A stretch of 64,000 bases of DNA, from positions 8,680,001 to 8,744,000 of the forward strand of contig NC_086097.1 in assembly GCF_963921235.1 (NCBI RefSeq), in the 5' to 3' direction. The translations under genes and the position numbers were made by a program. Positions 50,370 through 62,410 of this stretch are shown piece by piece. The notes beneath the pieces are model-generated. The model was not told the DNA's origin. It worked only from the letters and a program-made list of their open reading frames with translations, and did no database searches. Source of the DNA: Mobula hypostoma. Its lineage: Eukaryota. Positions within the stretch are counted from its first letter, which is position 1. Every line of letters starts with the position of its first letter.

Positions 50370-51735
50370 AGATTCAAGATTGTTCAATGTCATTTCCAGT
50401 ACTCAAGTGTAACGGAGAATGAAATAATTGTTACTCTGGATCCGATGCAGCAACAAAAATAAAATACAATAAGATAAAGGACACAATAAAAATTAAAAAA
50501 AAACACATTAGATATAAATAGGTAAGATAGCTTATATATACAGTAGATTAATTGTATGTCCATAAAGTGATGCAAAGCTGACCATAAGTTGACAGATAGG
50601 AAATAATAAAGTAGTGGTGGAGTTAGTTGGTGGAGGTGTAAATTAGCCTTACTGTTTGGGAAGGTTAGATTGTCCTGGTATGGATGCTTCATAGGCTCCT
50701 TCTTGAAGGGAGATGGGCAAGCACTATAGGAGCAGGGTTTGTGGGATCATTCATGATACTACTGGACTTTTCCCTGCATCTTTCTGTATATTTCTCCTTG
50801 AAGACATTTAGGCTGGTGCTGGTGCTCCTAATAGAGCCTCCTTTTCTGCCACAGTACAGTTTCCGTACCAAGCAGTGACACACCTTGTTAAGTTACTCTC
50901 TACTGTGCAACTGTAGAATGACATAAGTGTAAGGGGGTTTCGTCTTTTATGTTACTGCGTAGGCTAATTAAAATGGCTTCTTTGTTATGTTATACTTGGG
51001 AATGCTTCTTTGTTATGTTAACCGCTGAGAAAGTTCTCGCGCTAGCAGCTTGTTTTGGGTTAGACTGTGATAAGTAGATGTTACAAACCAATTGGGATAG
51101 TTCTTATGTTTTTAGTGTATCTGAAGATATTGTATGTGCAGGGTTTTGGGGCAGAAGGTAGGAGAGAGACAGAGGATAGACCAGGTGCTGTGAGTCCGCT
51201 AACTGGGTGGGACCCCAAGCGGGGCGTTCGGCGAGGAGAGGAGACGGAGACAGACTCGTTTGAAGAGTCTGGTCAACCACCGTTGTTGGTCCCAAGCGGC
51301 CTGTCGAGGTGGTCCGAGGGGTCACAGGGTGAGGAAGAAGGGTCCTGAGCTCCAACTGTTTGTGCACGAAGAGATTGAACTTTGATAAGTGTGGCACCTT
51401 TTATTTCCCTTTTATATTTTATTCTCTATTAATTATATAGATCCAGTAATATCTATAAACTGCAAATCATTTAATCGTATCTGGTATATTATCTGTTATT
51501 TGGGCGGGGTGGGGTACATCACACAGCATCCACACAAACTTATTACCCAGTTTGGCGGGGCCGAGGGCTGTTTCCCTAGACGACAGCGAGCTGAGCGACC
51601 CTGAGGCTGGCCGGGGGGGCTACATAAGTATAGGTGTGCAAAGTCCAGCTCTCTTCAGACTCCTCAGAATGTAGAGATGTTGGTGATCTTTCTTGACTGT
51701 GTTGGATGTGTTCTGGGACCAGGAGAGGTTGTGTG
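50370..51735 (-). mobile_element. Rex1 3' fragment interrupted by a solo LTR
   Basis: HLYILRSLKRAGLCTPILM-SFYS reads through once the LTR and one TSD are removed. Confidence 0.85.
50928..51624. mobile_element. Solo LTR (697 bp)
   Basis: TGTA...TACA termini; 4-bp TSD TAAG at 50924-50927 and 51625-51628. Confidence 0.9.
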
Positions 51736-51861
51736 TGATATGCATACAAGGCAAAATAAGGCTGAAAATAAGACAAAATGAAATACACAAGATGTTTGGA
51801 GATGGATGTTTTGCCTTTTTATCTAGACGACTCTTCAAATTTGCATATCACAATACTTGTT

Positions 51862-52465
51862 ATAAGACCATAAGATAAAGGAGCAGAATTAGGCCATTTG
51901 GCCTATTGAGTCTGCTTTGCCATTTCATCACGGCTGATTCAATTATCCTCTCGGCCCCAAACTCCTGCCTTCTTCCCATATCCCTACATGCCCTAACCAA
52001 TCAAGAATCTATCAACCTCTGCTTTAAATATGCATAAAGACTTAACCTCCACAGCTGCCTGTGGCAGAATTCCACAGATTCACCACTCTCTGGCTAAGGA
52101 TTATGGATACTGGCCTCCACAGCATCCAGGACACTTTCAAAAGGTGACGCCTCAAAAAGGTGGCATTCATCAGTAATGACACCCTACCTCCCTGGGCTTA
52201 CCCTCTTCTCATTGCTACCATCAACGAGGAGCAACAGGGGTCTGAAGACACACACTCAACATTTCAGGAACAGCCTATTTCCCTCCACCACTGATCGGTT
52301 TTTTCCCTCTCTTTTTGCACTACATATTTAACCTAACTTTCTTTCTTTATACACACTTCTTATTGTAGTTTATAGTTTTTTGTTATTATGTATTGCAATG
52401 CAATGCTGCTGCAAAAACAACACATTTCACGTTTACCATTGATATTTAACCTGATTCTGATTCTA
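51862..52465. mobile_element. CR1 3' end (minus, to about 52098) abutting a Rex1 3' end (plus)
   Basis: Termini match other copies in the window. Confidence 0.7.
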
Positions 52466-53449
52466 ACAGATTTCAACTAAAAACATTCATTGCAAGTTGA
52501 TTTATGATGGATCCTCGGGATAAAAATGGTTGAAAAATATTGAAAAAGATTGCAAAGGTAGTCATTTAATCCCCAATCTTTGCTGTACAGTGTCTGGCAG
52601 ATTGATTCGAGACCTCTCTCCACTGTTTTCTTGCGGGCACTGATCTATTTATTTTAGTGATACCAGCCATATTCTCTTATCAGAGTCCTAAATTTCAATT
52701 AGACATTTCAGGCTTTTGTACTTGTCTTTAGTTCAGAGTTGAATGTTCTTATACTTACAGTTGAAAATAGAGTCCAATCTAAACCTTTCTAAATGCTCTA
52801 CCACCTACCGAGCTTGAAAGGTCAAATCTATGTCACTATTTTCTTTCTAAATTCCTAATTTATTCTAAGTTAACTTTTTGTTTCAACCCAAGTTCAAGTT
52901 TTCATTTGCTTCTTGCGATGAATTAAAGCCAAAATTCAAAATGCATGGCATGGATTGCAATTGTTTTTTTTCTCTCTACTCTGAATTAAGGTACCATGGC
53001 CAAATAATCCCAAAGTGCTGTATCATTTTTTAGGCAAATAAACAGCAGATACAGCAGGCAGTATTCCCACTCTGACTGAAATGATACTCTTCCTCATAGT
53101 GGACAAAGCAGAGGTTTCAGATTCTCCGTATGTAATTTCTTCCCCTCCATCATCAGATTCAGAATGGGCAATGAACCCTGTGCAATACCTCGCTATTTTC
53201 TTTTTAGCTCTCTTTTTTTGCATTATTTGTTTAATTTAATTTATATATAAATAAAGAGGTGCTCCACCGATATAATGTGGAATAAAGTATTATGATTATG
53301 AGGACATGCAGCCCCCTTTTATTGTCGTTTAGTAATGCATGCATTAAAAAATGATAAAAATGTTTTTCCAGAATGATATCACAAAAACACATGACAACCC
53401 GACTTAAAAACTAACAAAAAACACATAATTATAACATATAGTTACAACA

Positions 53450-54566
53450 ATCTAATCTAATGTAAACAGAAATACTGTATATTAAAAAAACGTGAGGTAG
53501 TGTCCAAAGATTCAATGTCCATTTAGGATTCAGACAGCAGAGAGTAAGAAGCTGTTCCTGAATCACTGAGTGTGTGCTTTCAGGCTTCTGTACCTCCTAC
53601 CTGATGGTAACAGCAAGAAAAGGGCATGCCCTGGGTGCTGGGGGTCCTTAATAATGGACGCTGCCTTTCTGAGATACAACTGCCTGAAGGTGTCCTGGGT
53701 ACTTTGTAGGCTAGTACCCAGGATGGAGCTGACTAGATTTACAACCTTCTGCAGCTTCTTTCAGTCCTGTGCAGTGGCCCCTCCATAGCAGGCAGTGATG
53801 CAGCCTGTCAGAATGCTCTCCATGGTACAACTATATAAGTTTTTGAGTGTATTTGTTGACGTGCCAAATCTCATCAAACTCCTAATAAAATATAGCCACT
53901 GTCTTGCCTTCTTTATAACTACATCGATATGTTAGGGCCAGGTTAGATCCTCAGAGATCTTGACACCCAGGAATTTGAAGCTGCTCACTCTCTCTACTTC
54001 TGATCCCTCTATGAGGATTGGTATGTGTTCCTTCGTCTTACCCTTCTTGAAGTCCACAATCAGCTCCTTCATCTCACTGACACTGAGTGCCTGGTTGTTG
54101 CTGTGACACCACTCCACTTGTTGGCATATCTCACTCCTGTATGCCCTCTCATTACCACCTGAGATTCTATCAACAAATTTATAGATGGTATTTGAGCGAT
54201 GCCTAGCCACACAGTCATTTGTATATAGAGTGTAGAGCAGTGGGCTAAGCACACACTCCTGAGGTGCGCCAGTGTTGATCGTCAGTGAGGAGGATATGTT
54301 ATCACCAATCCACACAGATTGTGATCTTCCAGTTAGGAATTCAAGGATCCAATTGCAGAGGGAGGTACAGAGGCCCAGGTTCTGCAACTTCTCAATCAGG
54401 ATTGTGGGAATAATTGTATTAAATGCTGAGCTATAGTTGATGAACAGCATCTTGAAGTAGGTGTTTGTGTTGTCCAGGTGGTCTAAAGCCATGTGGAGAG
54501 CCATTGAGATTGCATCTACCATTGACCTATTGTGGTGATAGGCAAATTGCAATGGGTCCAGGTCCT
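53450..54566 (-). mobile_element. Rex1/Babar LINE RT fragment
   Basis: ORF 53932-54552: [42 protein letters not shown]; the ADDT motif is deleted. Confidence 0.92.
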
Positions 54567-54569
54567 TTG

Positions 54570-55025
54570 CTGAGATTTATAAGGATGTTGCCTGGATTGG
54601 AGGGCATACTTTATGAGAATAGATTCAGTGAACTTTGCCTTTTCTCCTTGGAGTGACAGACGATGAGAGATAACCTGGTAGAGCTTATAAGACGATGAGG
54701 GGCATGGATCCTCTGGATAGCCATAGGCTTTTTCCCAGGGCTGAAATGGCTAACATGAGGGGGCATAGTTTTAATGTGCTTGGAAATAGGGACTGATGAG
54801 ATGACAGGGCTAAGTTTTTCACACAGAGAGTGGTGGGTACATGGAATGCACTGCTGGCAGTGGTGGTGGAAGCGGATACAATAGGTTCTTTTAAGAGCTT
54901 AGAAAATAGAGGGTTATGCGCTAGGGCAATTCTAGGCAGTTTCCAGCGTGAGTTACATGTTTGGCACAGCATTGTGGGCTGGAGGTCCTGTAATGTGCTG
55001 TAGATTTCTATGTTCTATGTTCTAT
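54570..55025 (+). mobile_element. CR1 3' fragment
   Basis: [11 protein letters not shown]...FFTQRVVGTWNAL; (TTCTATG)n tail. Confidence 0.85.
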
Positions 55026-55294
55026 ATTCCCTCTGCTAGCCTGCAGGTCACCCTTGGGTGGTGTCTATTCAGAAGTCTGATGGTGAAGGAGAAAAAGCTG
55101 TTCCACCTGTTCATCAAGAAGCCAAATCTTGTGCCTAATTTTCTACTCTATGTCCAAGTTTTAGTAAAATGCCTATTTGCACTGCTTTTATGTCGTCTAC
55201 AACCTCAAATTCCTTCAAAAATGCATCGATTGTTTGAGGAATAGGGAAAATCCAGTAATCCAGAGACCAACACTAATAATGTGAGTATGAATTC

Positions 55295-56420
55295 ATAGAA
55301 CATGGAACACAGCACAGTTCATTAGTTTTGGTTCATGATGATGTGCCAAACTTTTAACTGCTCTAAGAGAAACCTAACCCTTCCCTCCCACATAGTCCAC
55401 AATTTTTCTTTCATCCATAAGTTTATCTAAGAGTTTCTTAATTGTCCCTAATGTATCTGCCTCTACTACTAAACCTGGCTGTGTGCTTACCACTCTCTGT
55501 GTAAAAACTTACCTCTGATATCCCTCTATACTTTTCTCCAATCACCTTAAAATTGATGTTGAGATGATACTGACTGGTTCTTTGATTGTGAAGATCAAGA
55601 TTTTCCCACCTGGACCACATAGGTTTATAGTGAGGATCGGTGCACGTAAACCGATTCCACTCTTTGGGCCGGGGGATGTTCCACAATAGCACAGCGAGCT
55701 GTGACGACTGCGGCGACCAAAAGGCTGTAGGCTGGGTATCAGAGTTTTCCTTCTGCCAGACAGACCGCCTGGCAAGGCTAACAAGTCCCATCTACCCGGG
55801 TTTGGAATGGGAGATGTCCTTCTCCTAAGCTGGCTGCAACCAGAGCTGATGAACCCAGACTGCCCGCCCAGTTACACTGCTGAATACTCAATGTCGCCAT
55901 GACATTGCAAACTCAGTAAGAACAGGGACGCCACGCAAAGGCGTTGCTATGCTAGGCTACGGGAGACGCTTCACCTTCCTTGAGTGAGCAGGGTGCAGAG
56001 CATCCCTGTCGTCTTGAAATGGCACCCTCTTGTATTAACCATTTCCATCATGAGAAAAAGTCCCTAGCTGCTCACTTCACCTATGCCTCTTATCATCTCG
56101 TACACCTCTATGAAGTCAGCCCCCATTCTCCTTCGCTTCAAAGAGAAGAGCCCTAGCTCACTCGACCTATTATGACATCCTCTCTAATCCAGGCAGCATC
56201 CTTGCATATCTCCTCTACATCCTCTCTCCAACTTTTCCATGCTTCCTGTAAAGAGATGACCAGAGCTGAGTGCAATATTCTAAGTGTGATCTAACCAGAG
56301 TTTTACAGAACTACAAAATTATCTCCCCAGGAACAGAACTCAATCATCTGACTAACTAGTCCAACACAACATATACCTTCTTAACCCCCTATCAACTTGT
56401 ACAGCAATGTTGAGGAATCA
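55295..56420 (-). mobile_element. CR1 3' fragment interrupted by an RTE-related short element (about 55570-56010)
   Basis: CR1 sequence breaks after ccttaaaattgatg and resumes at ccctcttgtattaacc. Confidence 0.65.
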
Positions 56421-56699
56421 TAACCAAGCATGATAATCAGAAAATTTAATTTAAATTAATAATCTAGAATTTTTACAATTGTCTTAATAATAATATCTGA
56501 AAAATTCTGAGAGACACAAGAGATACCAGATATTAGAATCTGAATCAAAAACAAGCTTTTAGAGGAGGCAGCATCAGTGGTCAGAAATGGATGGGATTAT
56601 ATAGACTATCTTTATGCGCATGGAACTCTAATGTTAGTTACTCTTAAATGATTGATTTATTTATCTATTTAATTATTGATTGATTGATTTATGGATTTG

Positions 56700-56970
56700 T
56701 TTGTTTGTTTATTTTAGAGGTACCGTGCTGAATAGGCCCTTCCAGCTCACTGAGCAACCTACCATTTTAACCCTAGTCTCATCATGGATAATGTACAATG
56801 ACTCTTTAACCTACTTTGGAATGTGGGAGGAAACTGGAACGCCCTAAGGAAATCGAAACAGTCACGGGGAGAACATACAAAATCCTTACTGATGGTGCTG
56901 GAATTGAACTCTGAACTCCGAAGCCCCAATCTGCTATCATGTCACCCTAACTGCTACACGACTGTGGTGA
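56700..56970 (-). mobile_element. V-SINE
   Basis: Homology to other copies. Confidence 0.7.
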
Positions 56971-57008
56971 CCATTACAAGCAACTCAAGAGGCATCAGAA
57001 TTTGATTT

Positions 57009-60000
57009 GAAAATACACATGGACTAAGATGTTAACTGTCCTGTGCTATCACCAGTGGGATCATCAGTTGATCTGCCACCTGTCTTCAGGAGTTTCGGCC
57101 CGCTTATGATCAAGACTCCCTCGAGGTGGTGGGCCAGCAGTGCTAAAGCACCGCCTCCCACTGGTGAGCTTAAAAACTTAGCATCTGCCTCCATCAGAGT
57201 TGGTGGTTGCTTCCATCCAACAGATAGTCTACTCTTCAGGTGTCTATGCAACTACTGAAGGGTTTGCAAGATATGTATACACTGTCCGACTATCTGCCCC
57301 TCAGGACATACTTGGTCCACACTCATGCTGATCCTGTCTCTGCTGTCTCAGCTACAGCCCTGCTGGTTGACTTGATCTCTCTTCTAGTGAAGCCAAGGTC
57401 ATGCAGCCACTTCTGGAAAGTGAACGCAATAAAGCCACAGCAACCTACTTCTAATGGTAGCATGAGACCTTCCACCATCTGTCTCTGCACTCTGATCTTA
57501 AATCTGCATACTTGGTTGACCTGCGCTCGTGGGCTTCATCGATGTTGTCTTCCCAGGGGACTGTGAGTTCACCAATAACCACCTCTCTACTGCTGTCAGA
57601 CCATACGATTATATCTGGACGCAATGTGGAGAAAGCTATTTGCTCCGGGAAACTGCCTTTCCCATCCAGGTCGTCCTTGACACACCAATCATTGGCTGAA
57701 GGAAGTATGCTTGATCGTGAGCCTGTGCTGTACACCTTTGACTTGGAGCCTTCTTTCACAAATGATTTGCAATGTTCTGTGCAGCATGGGGCATGAGATA
57801 AGTTGTGCTGCAGTACTCTCTGCTCAACCGCTTCTGTTACAACTTTGAGAACATGGTTATGTCTCCAAGTGTACATGCCGCTGGAAAGATTGACTCTGCA
57901 TGCACTCAAGATATGTTGAAGTGTTCCCTTCTCGCCACAGGCAGCACACCTGTCTGTCTTATCTTCATACCAGGTGCTGAGGTTGGCAGGTGTTGGGAGC
58001 AGGTCATACGCTGCTCTGCATAGAAAAGAAATGCGGAGCGGTTCCATCTGCTACAGAACATTCCAAGATAGATGTCATTGTTCAACGCTTTCCCACCAGG
58101 TCCAAGCACCTTGTTTGGCCAGGCCAGCTGTTTTAGATAACCTCTTCTCCTCTTCTACCTCTCGTATTTCTTGTGTTACAAGCTCACGGCACTCCGTACC
58201 TGTAGAAGGTGACCACCACTTGTGGGTTGGACATCCAAGTACCTGGCAGCCTAGCTAGATAGCCCCAACCGTCTCCTTGTGCTTCAATCTAGACTGTGCC
58301 TCATCAACTGCTACACGGGCTGACCTCTTCCTGCCTGATCTCACATCCGGCTGGGTGTTCTTGATGACAGGGTCTTCTGAGTCTCAAAGCATCAAGAATG
58401 ATCTTACCTTGGCTACCTTGACCTCTTCAACAAGGGATTGCACTGGGATGGTAAACTTTGTCTGGCTACTGTGGATTGCAACATTGGTCAGGCTGCTTGG
58501 TATTGCAAGCCACTTCTTCACATACTTGTTGATCTTCGTTTCCATTGCCTCAACATGGGACATTGCCACTTTATAGACAGTTAGTGGCCACATTATCCAT
58601 GGCATCAGTCCGTACTGCAAGCACCACAACTTCAACTTGCCAGGCAGGCCACACTTGTCGACAGACATCAGACCTCTGCTGATCTGTTCTCCTGTCTCTT
58701 GAACCCTCTTGGTGTCTCTCAGACCTCTGTGTACCATTGCGTGAGGCTCTTAACTGGTTGGTCCTGAATGAATGGACTCTCCTTTCCACAAAGGGTGAAA
58801 TGAAAGTCAGCCAGCTTACCTCTCCTAAGAACAAGGCTCCTTGACTTCTTGGTCTTGAACTTAATTCTTCCCCAATCCATTAGCTCCTCAAGCTTAGATA
58901 GTACATTTTCCACTGCCTCCGTGCTGGGACCCAAAAGGGTGAGATCATCCATGAATGCTCGTATTGGTGGTAACTCCCCTCCGCCATCAAATGCGACACC
59001 TGGTCCCACTGATTCTACAGCCCTCACAATAACCTCCATGGCTAACACAAAAAGGATGGGTGAAATTGCACATCCCATTGGGATTCCAACATCCAAGCTC
59101 TGCCACCTAGTTGTAAACAGCTGAGTGCAAAACCTCATTCAGAAATCATTCTACTGCTGCATAATAAAGTTCCTCACCTTAGCAGGAATCCGTAGGAATT
59201 CCATTGCAAACTCAATCAGGACATGGGAAACAGAATCATATGCATTTGCAAGATCAAGCCAAACTACAGCCAGATTTCTTCTCAACATTTTCAACTCCTG
59301 GATGGTATGCCATATCATACTAGTATGTTCAAAGCATCCTGGGAAGCCTGGTATTCCTGCCTTCTGCACAGATGTATTTACCAACCCATTCTCTATCACA
59401 AATGAAGATATTCTTTCTGCTAGAATGTCAAACATAATCTTCCCCTCTACATTCAGGAGTGAAATTGGTCGGAACTGATTCAATGTAGAAGAATTCTCTT
59501 CCTTCGGGATGTATACTCCTTCAGCCTCACTCCATGACAAAAGAACAACACCTTGTCTCCACACCACCTTTAACAATCTCCACAAGTATTTCCTCAGCTC
59601 TTCACACTTCTTGAACACCTTATACGGCACTCCATTAGGTCCTGGCACTGAGCCTGACCTTGCCATTCTGATGAACCGATCGACTTCTGCCAGTTTGGGT
59701 TCTGACAGATCGAATTTCACTCCTGGTTTGGTAGGCTTCACAAGCCCTGAAATGACAAGCAAAGGAGCCTCCCGCTGTTCGTTAGAGTAAGTGCTTGCCA
59801 GGTGATCCTCAAGTTCTCGTTGAGAGATGTTAAGTTGCCCGCTCTTACTTTGTTCAAACAATTTCTCTGTGAACTCGTGAGGGTTCTGAAAGAACGACTT
59901 TCTTGCCTTCTCTCTCTTCTTTCTCTTTTTACATTGTGACTCTGCACGATGGAGTGACGCTAACTTTATTTGAAAATGCTCTCGGAGATCAGCAAGCCTT

Positions 60001-60901
60001 GGCTTGTCACCCTCACTTGCTACCTTCCACCTCTGTCTCAACGATCTAAGCTCTCTCCTCAATCTACTAATCTCCTCCTGGTACCTGCTTGGTTGCTGTG
60101 TTGGCTTTGCTTTCTTCAACTCAACCAAACCAAACCTGTACTTTCCAACATTGTAAATCATATCACCCATCACTTCCAACTTTCTCTTTGATGTTCCCCT
60201 GAGAGTGTTCTCCAACATCATACTGATATCCTCATCAAACACACGCCAAGCCTTCTCATTTTCCATTGCTGACCACTTGACCTTTCTCTTCTTCTCCACC
60301 TCCTCACCACTGCCATCATGCGAAGGATCTACCTGGGTACCGTGGTCTGAAACCTGACCTGGGTTATCTCTCGGCTGATTTGGAGTATGATGACTCTCTC
60401 CAGAGCGAATCGCTGTGGTTTGTGAATCAGTGTTTGAAAAGACCACATCATCTGTGCTTGGTGAAGTAATCTCATCTTCATCCACTGGGACGGAATAGCA
60501 CCTCAACTTTGCTTGGTGGAGTCGTAAACCTTTAACCCTCTCCCAGGCCAACACATTGGACACTCAGTGCCTCTTATCCTAGCTCTTGGCCGTAGTCGTT
60601 CCCCGTGATTAATTGTAACCGTCCGATTGGGTCCATCATTCTCCCTCTCTCTCGGAGGACCCCGAGGGTATGTTTCTCTGTGTAAACTAGAAGCTTCAAG
60701 AGGTGGGTGCTCTTCTGAGCTGGTGCCCGGACTGCCAATCCCGACAGCCCCGGTCCAGTCTTTCCTGGCTGCCCGCTGTCTCTCCACGCTGTCACCAGAC
60801 TATTCCCGGTTGCCAGCCAGACTATTTCTGGTAGTCACTGGTGTCCAGAACAAAAGAACTGAAGATACATGTGGACGGAGATGTTAACTGTCGTGTGCTA
60901 T
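57009..60901 (-). mobile_element. HERO-type (R2/NeSL group, REL endonuclease) non-LTR retrotransposon, near full length, frameshifted single ORF (about 60790 to 57290)
   Basis: GLRLHQAKLRC; FRPISLLNVEGKI, QKAGIPGFPGCFEH, WLDLANAY, GIPMGCAISPILF, AFMDD; YDLLPTPANL, CAACGEKGTLQHILSAC, WRHN, RPDIIVW, ELTVPWE. Confidence 0.92.
57054..57128 (-). ncRNA. Candidate rearranged (non-circularly permuted) hammerhead ribozyme in the HERO 3' UTR
   Basis: GGAGUC, UUGAUC ... GAAACUCC ... GAUCAA-CUGAUGA-UCCC; stems I and III pair perfectly in hammerhead register. Confidence 0.7.
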
Positions 60902-61286
60902 TCAAAGAAATGTCAATGAATCATTGTGATGCCTGGAACTTGCACAATGAAGCAACACCTCAAACGCTGGAGGAATTTAATGGGTCAGGCAGCTTCTCAG
61001 GAGGGAATTGGATAGTCAGTCATTGGTCCTGATGAAGGGACTCCACGCAAAAATAACAACTGTCCATTTCTCACTTGAACCACTGCTTTCCTCAAGCATT
61101 TTGTGTGCTGCTCCAGATTTCCAATATCTGTGGTCTCTCTTGTGTCTCCGTCTTGCACAATGAATATACTTAAAGGAATAAACACAGCATCTAATTTGCA
61201 CACAATAGTATCCCACAAACAACAAGGAAAGAATTGGGAAGGTTACCTTCTGATGATGGCATAGCATTGTAAGCAGAAAGTAGAGG

Positions 61287-62305
61287 TGTGGAGATACGTC
61301 TCCACCAAGGGAGGTGTAGGACTCTCTTTCCCTCTGCTAACCTCCTGCTTACCCTTGGGCAAGGTGTAGCACCTGCTTAGACCCCCCCACCTGATTAGCA
61401 TCATGTGAAGCCAACAAGCAGCTGCTGGGGATAGTCATACGAGTAACTGGTGCAAATCATGTCCAGGTGATGCGACCACTGACACCAGGCAAACAACCTT
61501 TGAAGAGTCGCAAACACGAGGAATTCTGCAGATGCTGGAAATTCAAGCAACACACATCAAAGTTGCTGGTGAACGCAGCAGGCCAGGCAGCATCTCTAGG
61601 AAGAGGTACAGTCGACGTTTCGGACCGAGACCCTTCGTCAGTACTAACGGAAGGAAGAGCTAGTAAGAGATTTGAAAGTGGGAGGGGGAGGGGGAGATCC
61701 AAAATGGAGGACAGGACAACAGGAGGGGGAGGGATGGAGCCAAGAGCTGGACAGTTGATAGGCAAAGGGGATATGAGAGGATCATGGGACAGGAGGCCCA
61801 GGGAGAAAGACAAGAGGGGGGGGGGACCCAGAGGATGGGCAAGGGGTATAGTCAGAGGAACAGAGGGAGAAAAGGAGAGTGAGAGAAAGAATGTGTGTAT
61901 ATAAATAACGGATGGGGTACGAGGGGGAGGTTGGACAATAGCGGAAGTTAGAGAAGTCAATGTTCATGCCATCAGGTTGGAGGCTACCCATATGGAATAT
62001 AAGATGTTGTTCCTCCAACCTGACTGTGGCTTCATCTTTACAATAGAGGAAGCCGTGGATAGACATGTCAGAATGGGAATGGGATGTGGAAGTAAAATGT
62101 GTGGCCACTGGGAGATCCTGCTTTCTCTGGCGGACAACCTTTGAAGAGTATTGATAATGGCTGAAGTCACCCTTATTGTAAAGACACTGCCCAGAAGAAG
62201 GGGATGGTAAACCACTTCTGTAGAAAAATTGGCCAAGAACAATCATGATCATGAAAAGACCATGATTGCTCATGTCATACAACACTGCATATAATGAATG
62301 AACTA
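61287..62305 (+). mobile_element. RTE-tailed short element split by a Penelope insertion
   Basis: Colinear with 47857-48240 once 61509-62149 is removed. Confidence 0.75.
61509..62133 (-). mobile_element. Penelope-like 5'-truncated copy with 16-bp TSD and hammerhead motif (61609-61646)
   Basis: VRQRKQDLPVATHF...EEQHLIFHMGSLQPDGMNIDF; very similar to 14849-15435; TSD acaacctttgaagagt. Confidence 0.93.
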
Positions 62306-62410
62306 TTTTAAGTAGGAGAACGGAGAACCCCCCTACTTAAAAATACACCGATGGTGGGTATTGTTCAACACATTAGCACGATATTCAACATGCAGTTCAT
62401 ATGGTTGGTA

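Noticed and set aside
50034..50462. 142-aa ORF starting with an acidic run (MHDDDDGDADD)
   Set aside because: It is the antisense reading of a SINE and its (CAT)n tail, running into a LINE tail.
61430..61492. Possible HDV-like or pseudoknot ribozyme in the RTE-tailed short element
   Set aside because: Pairings are inconsistent among the three copies and no P3/L3 could be placed.
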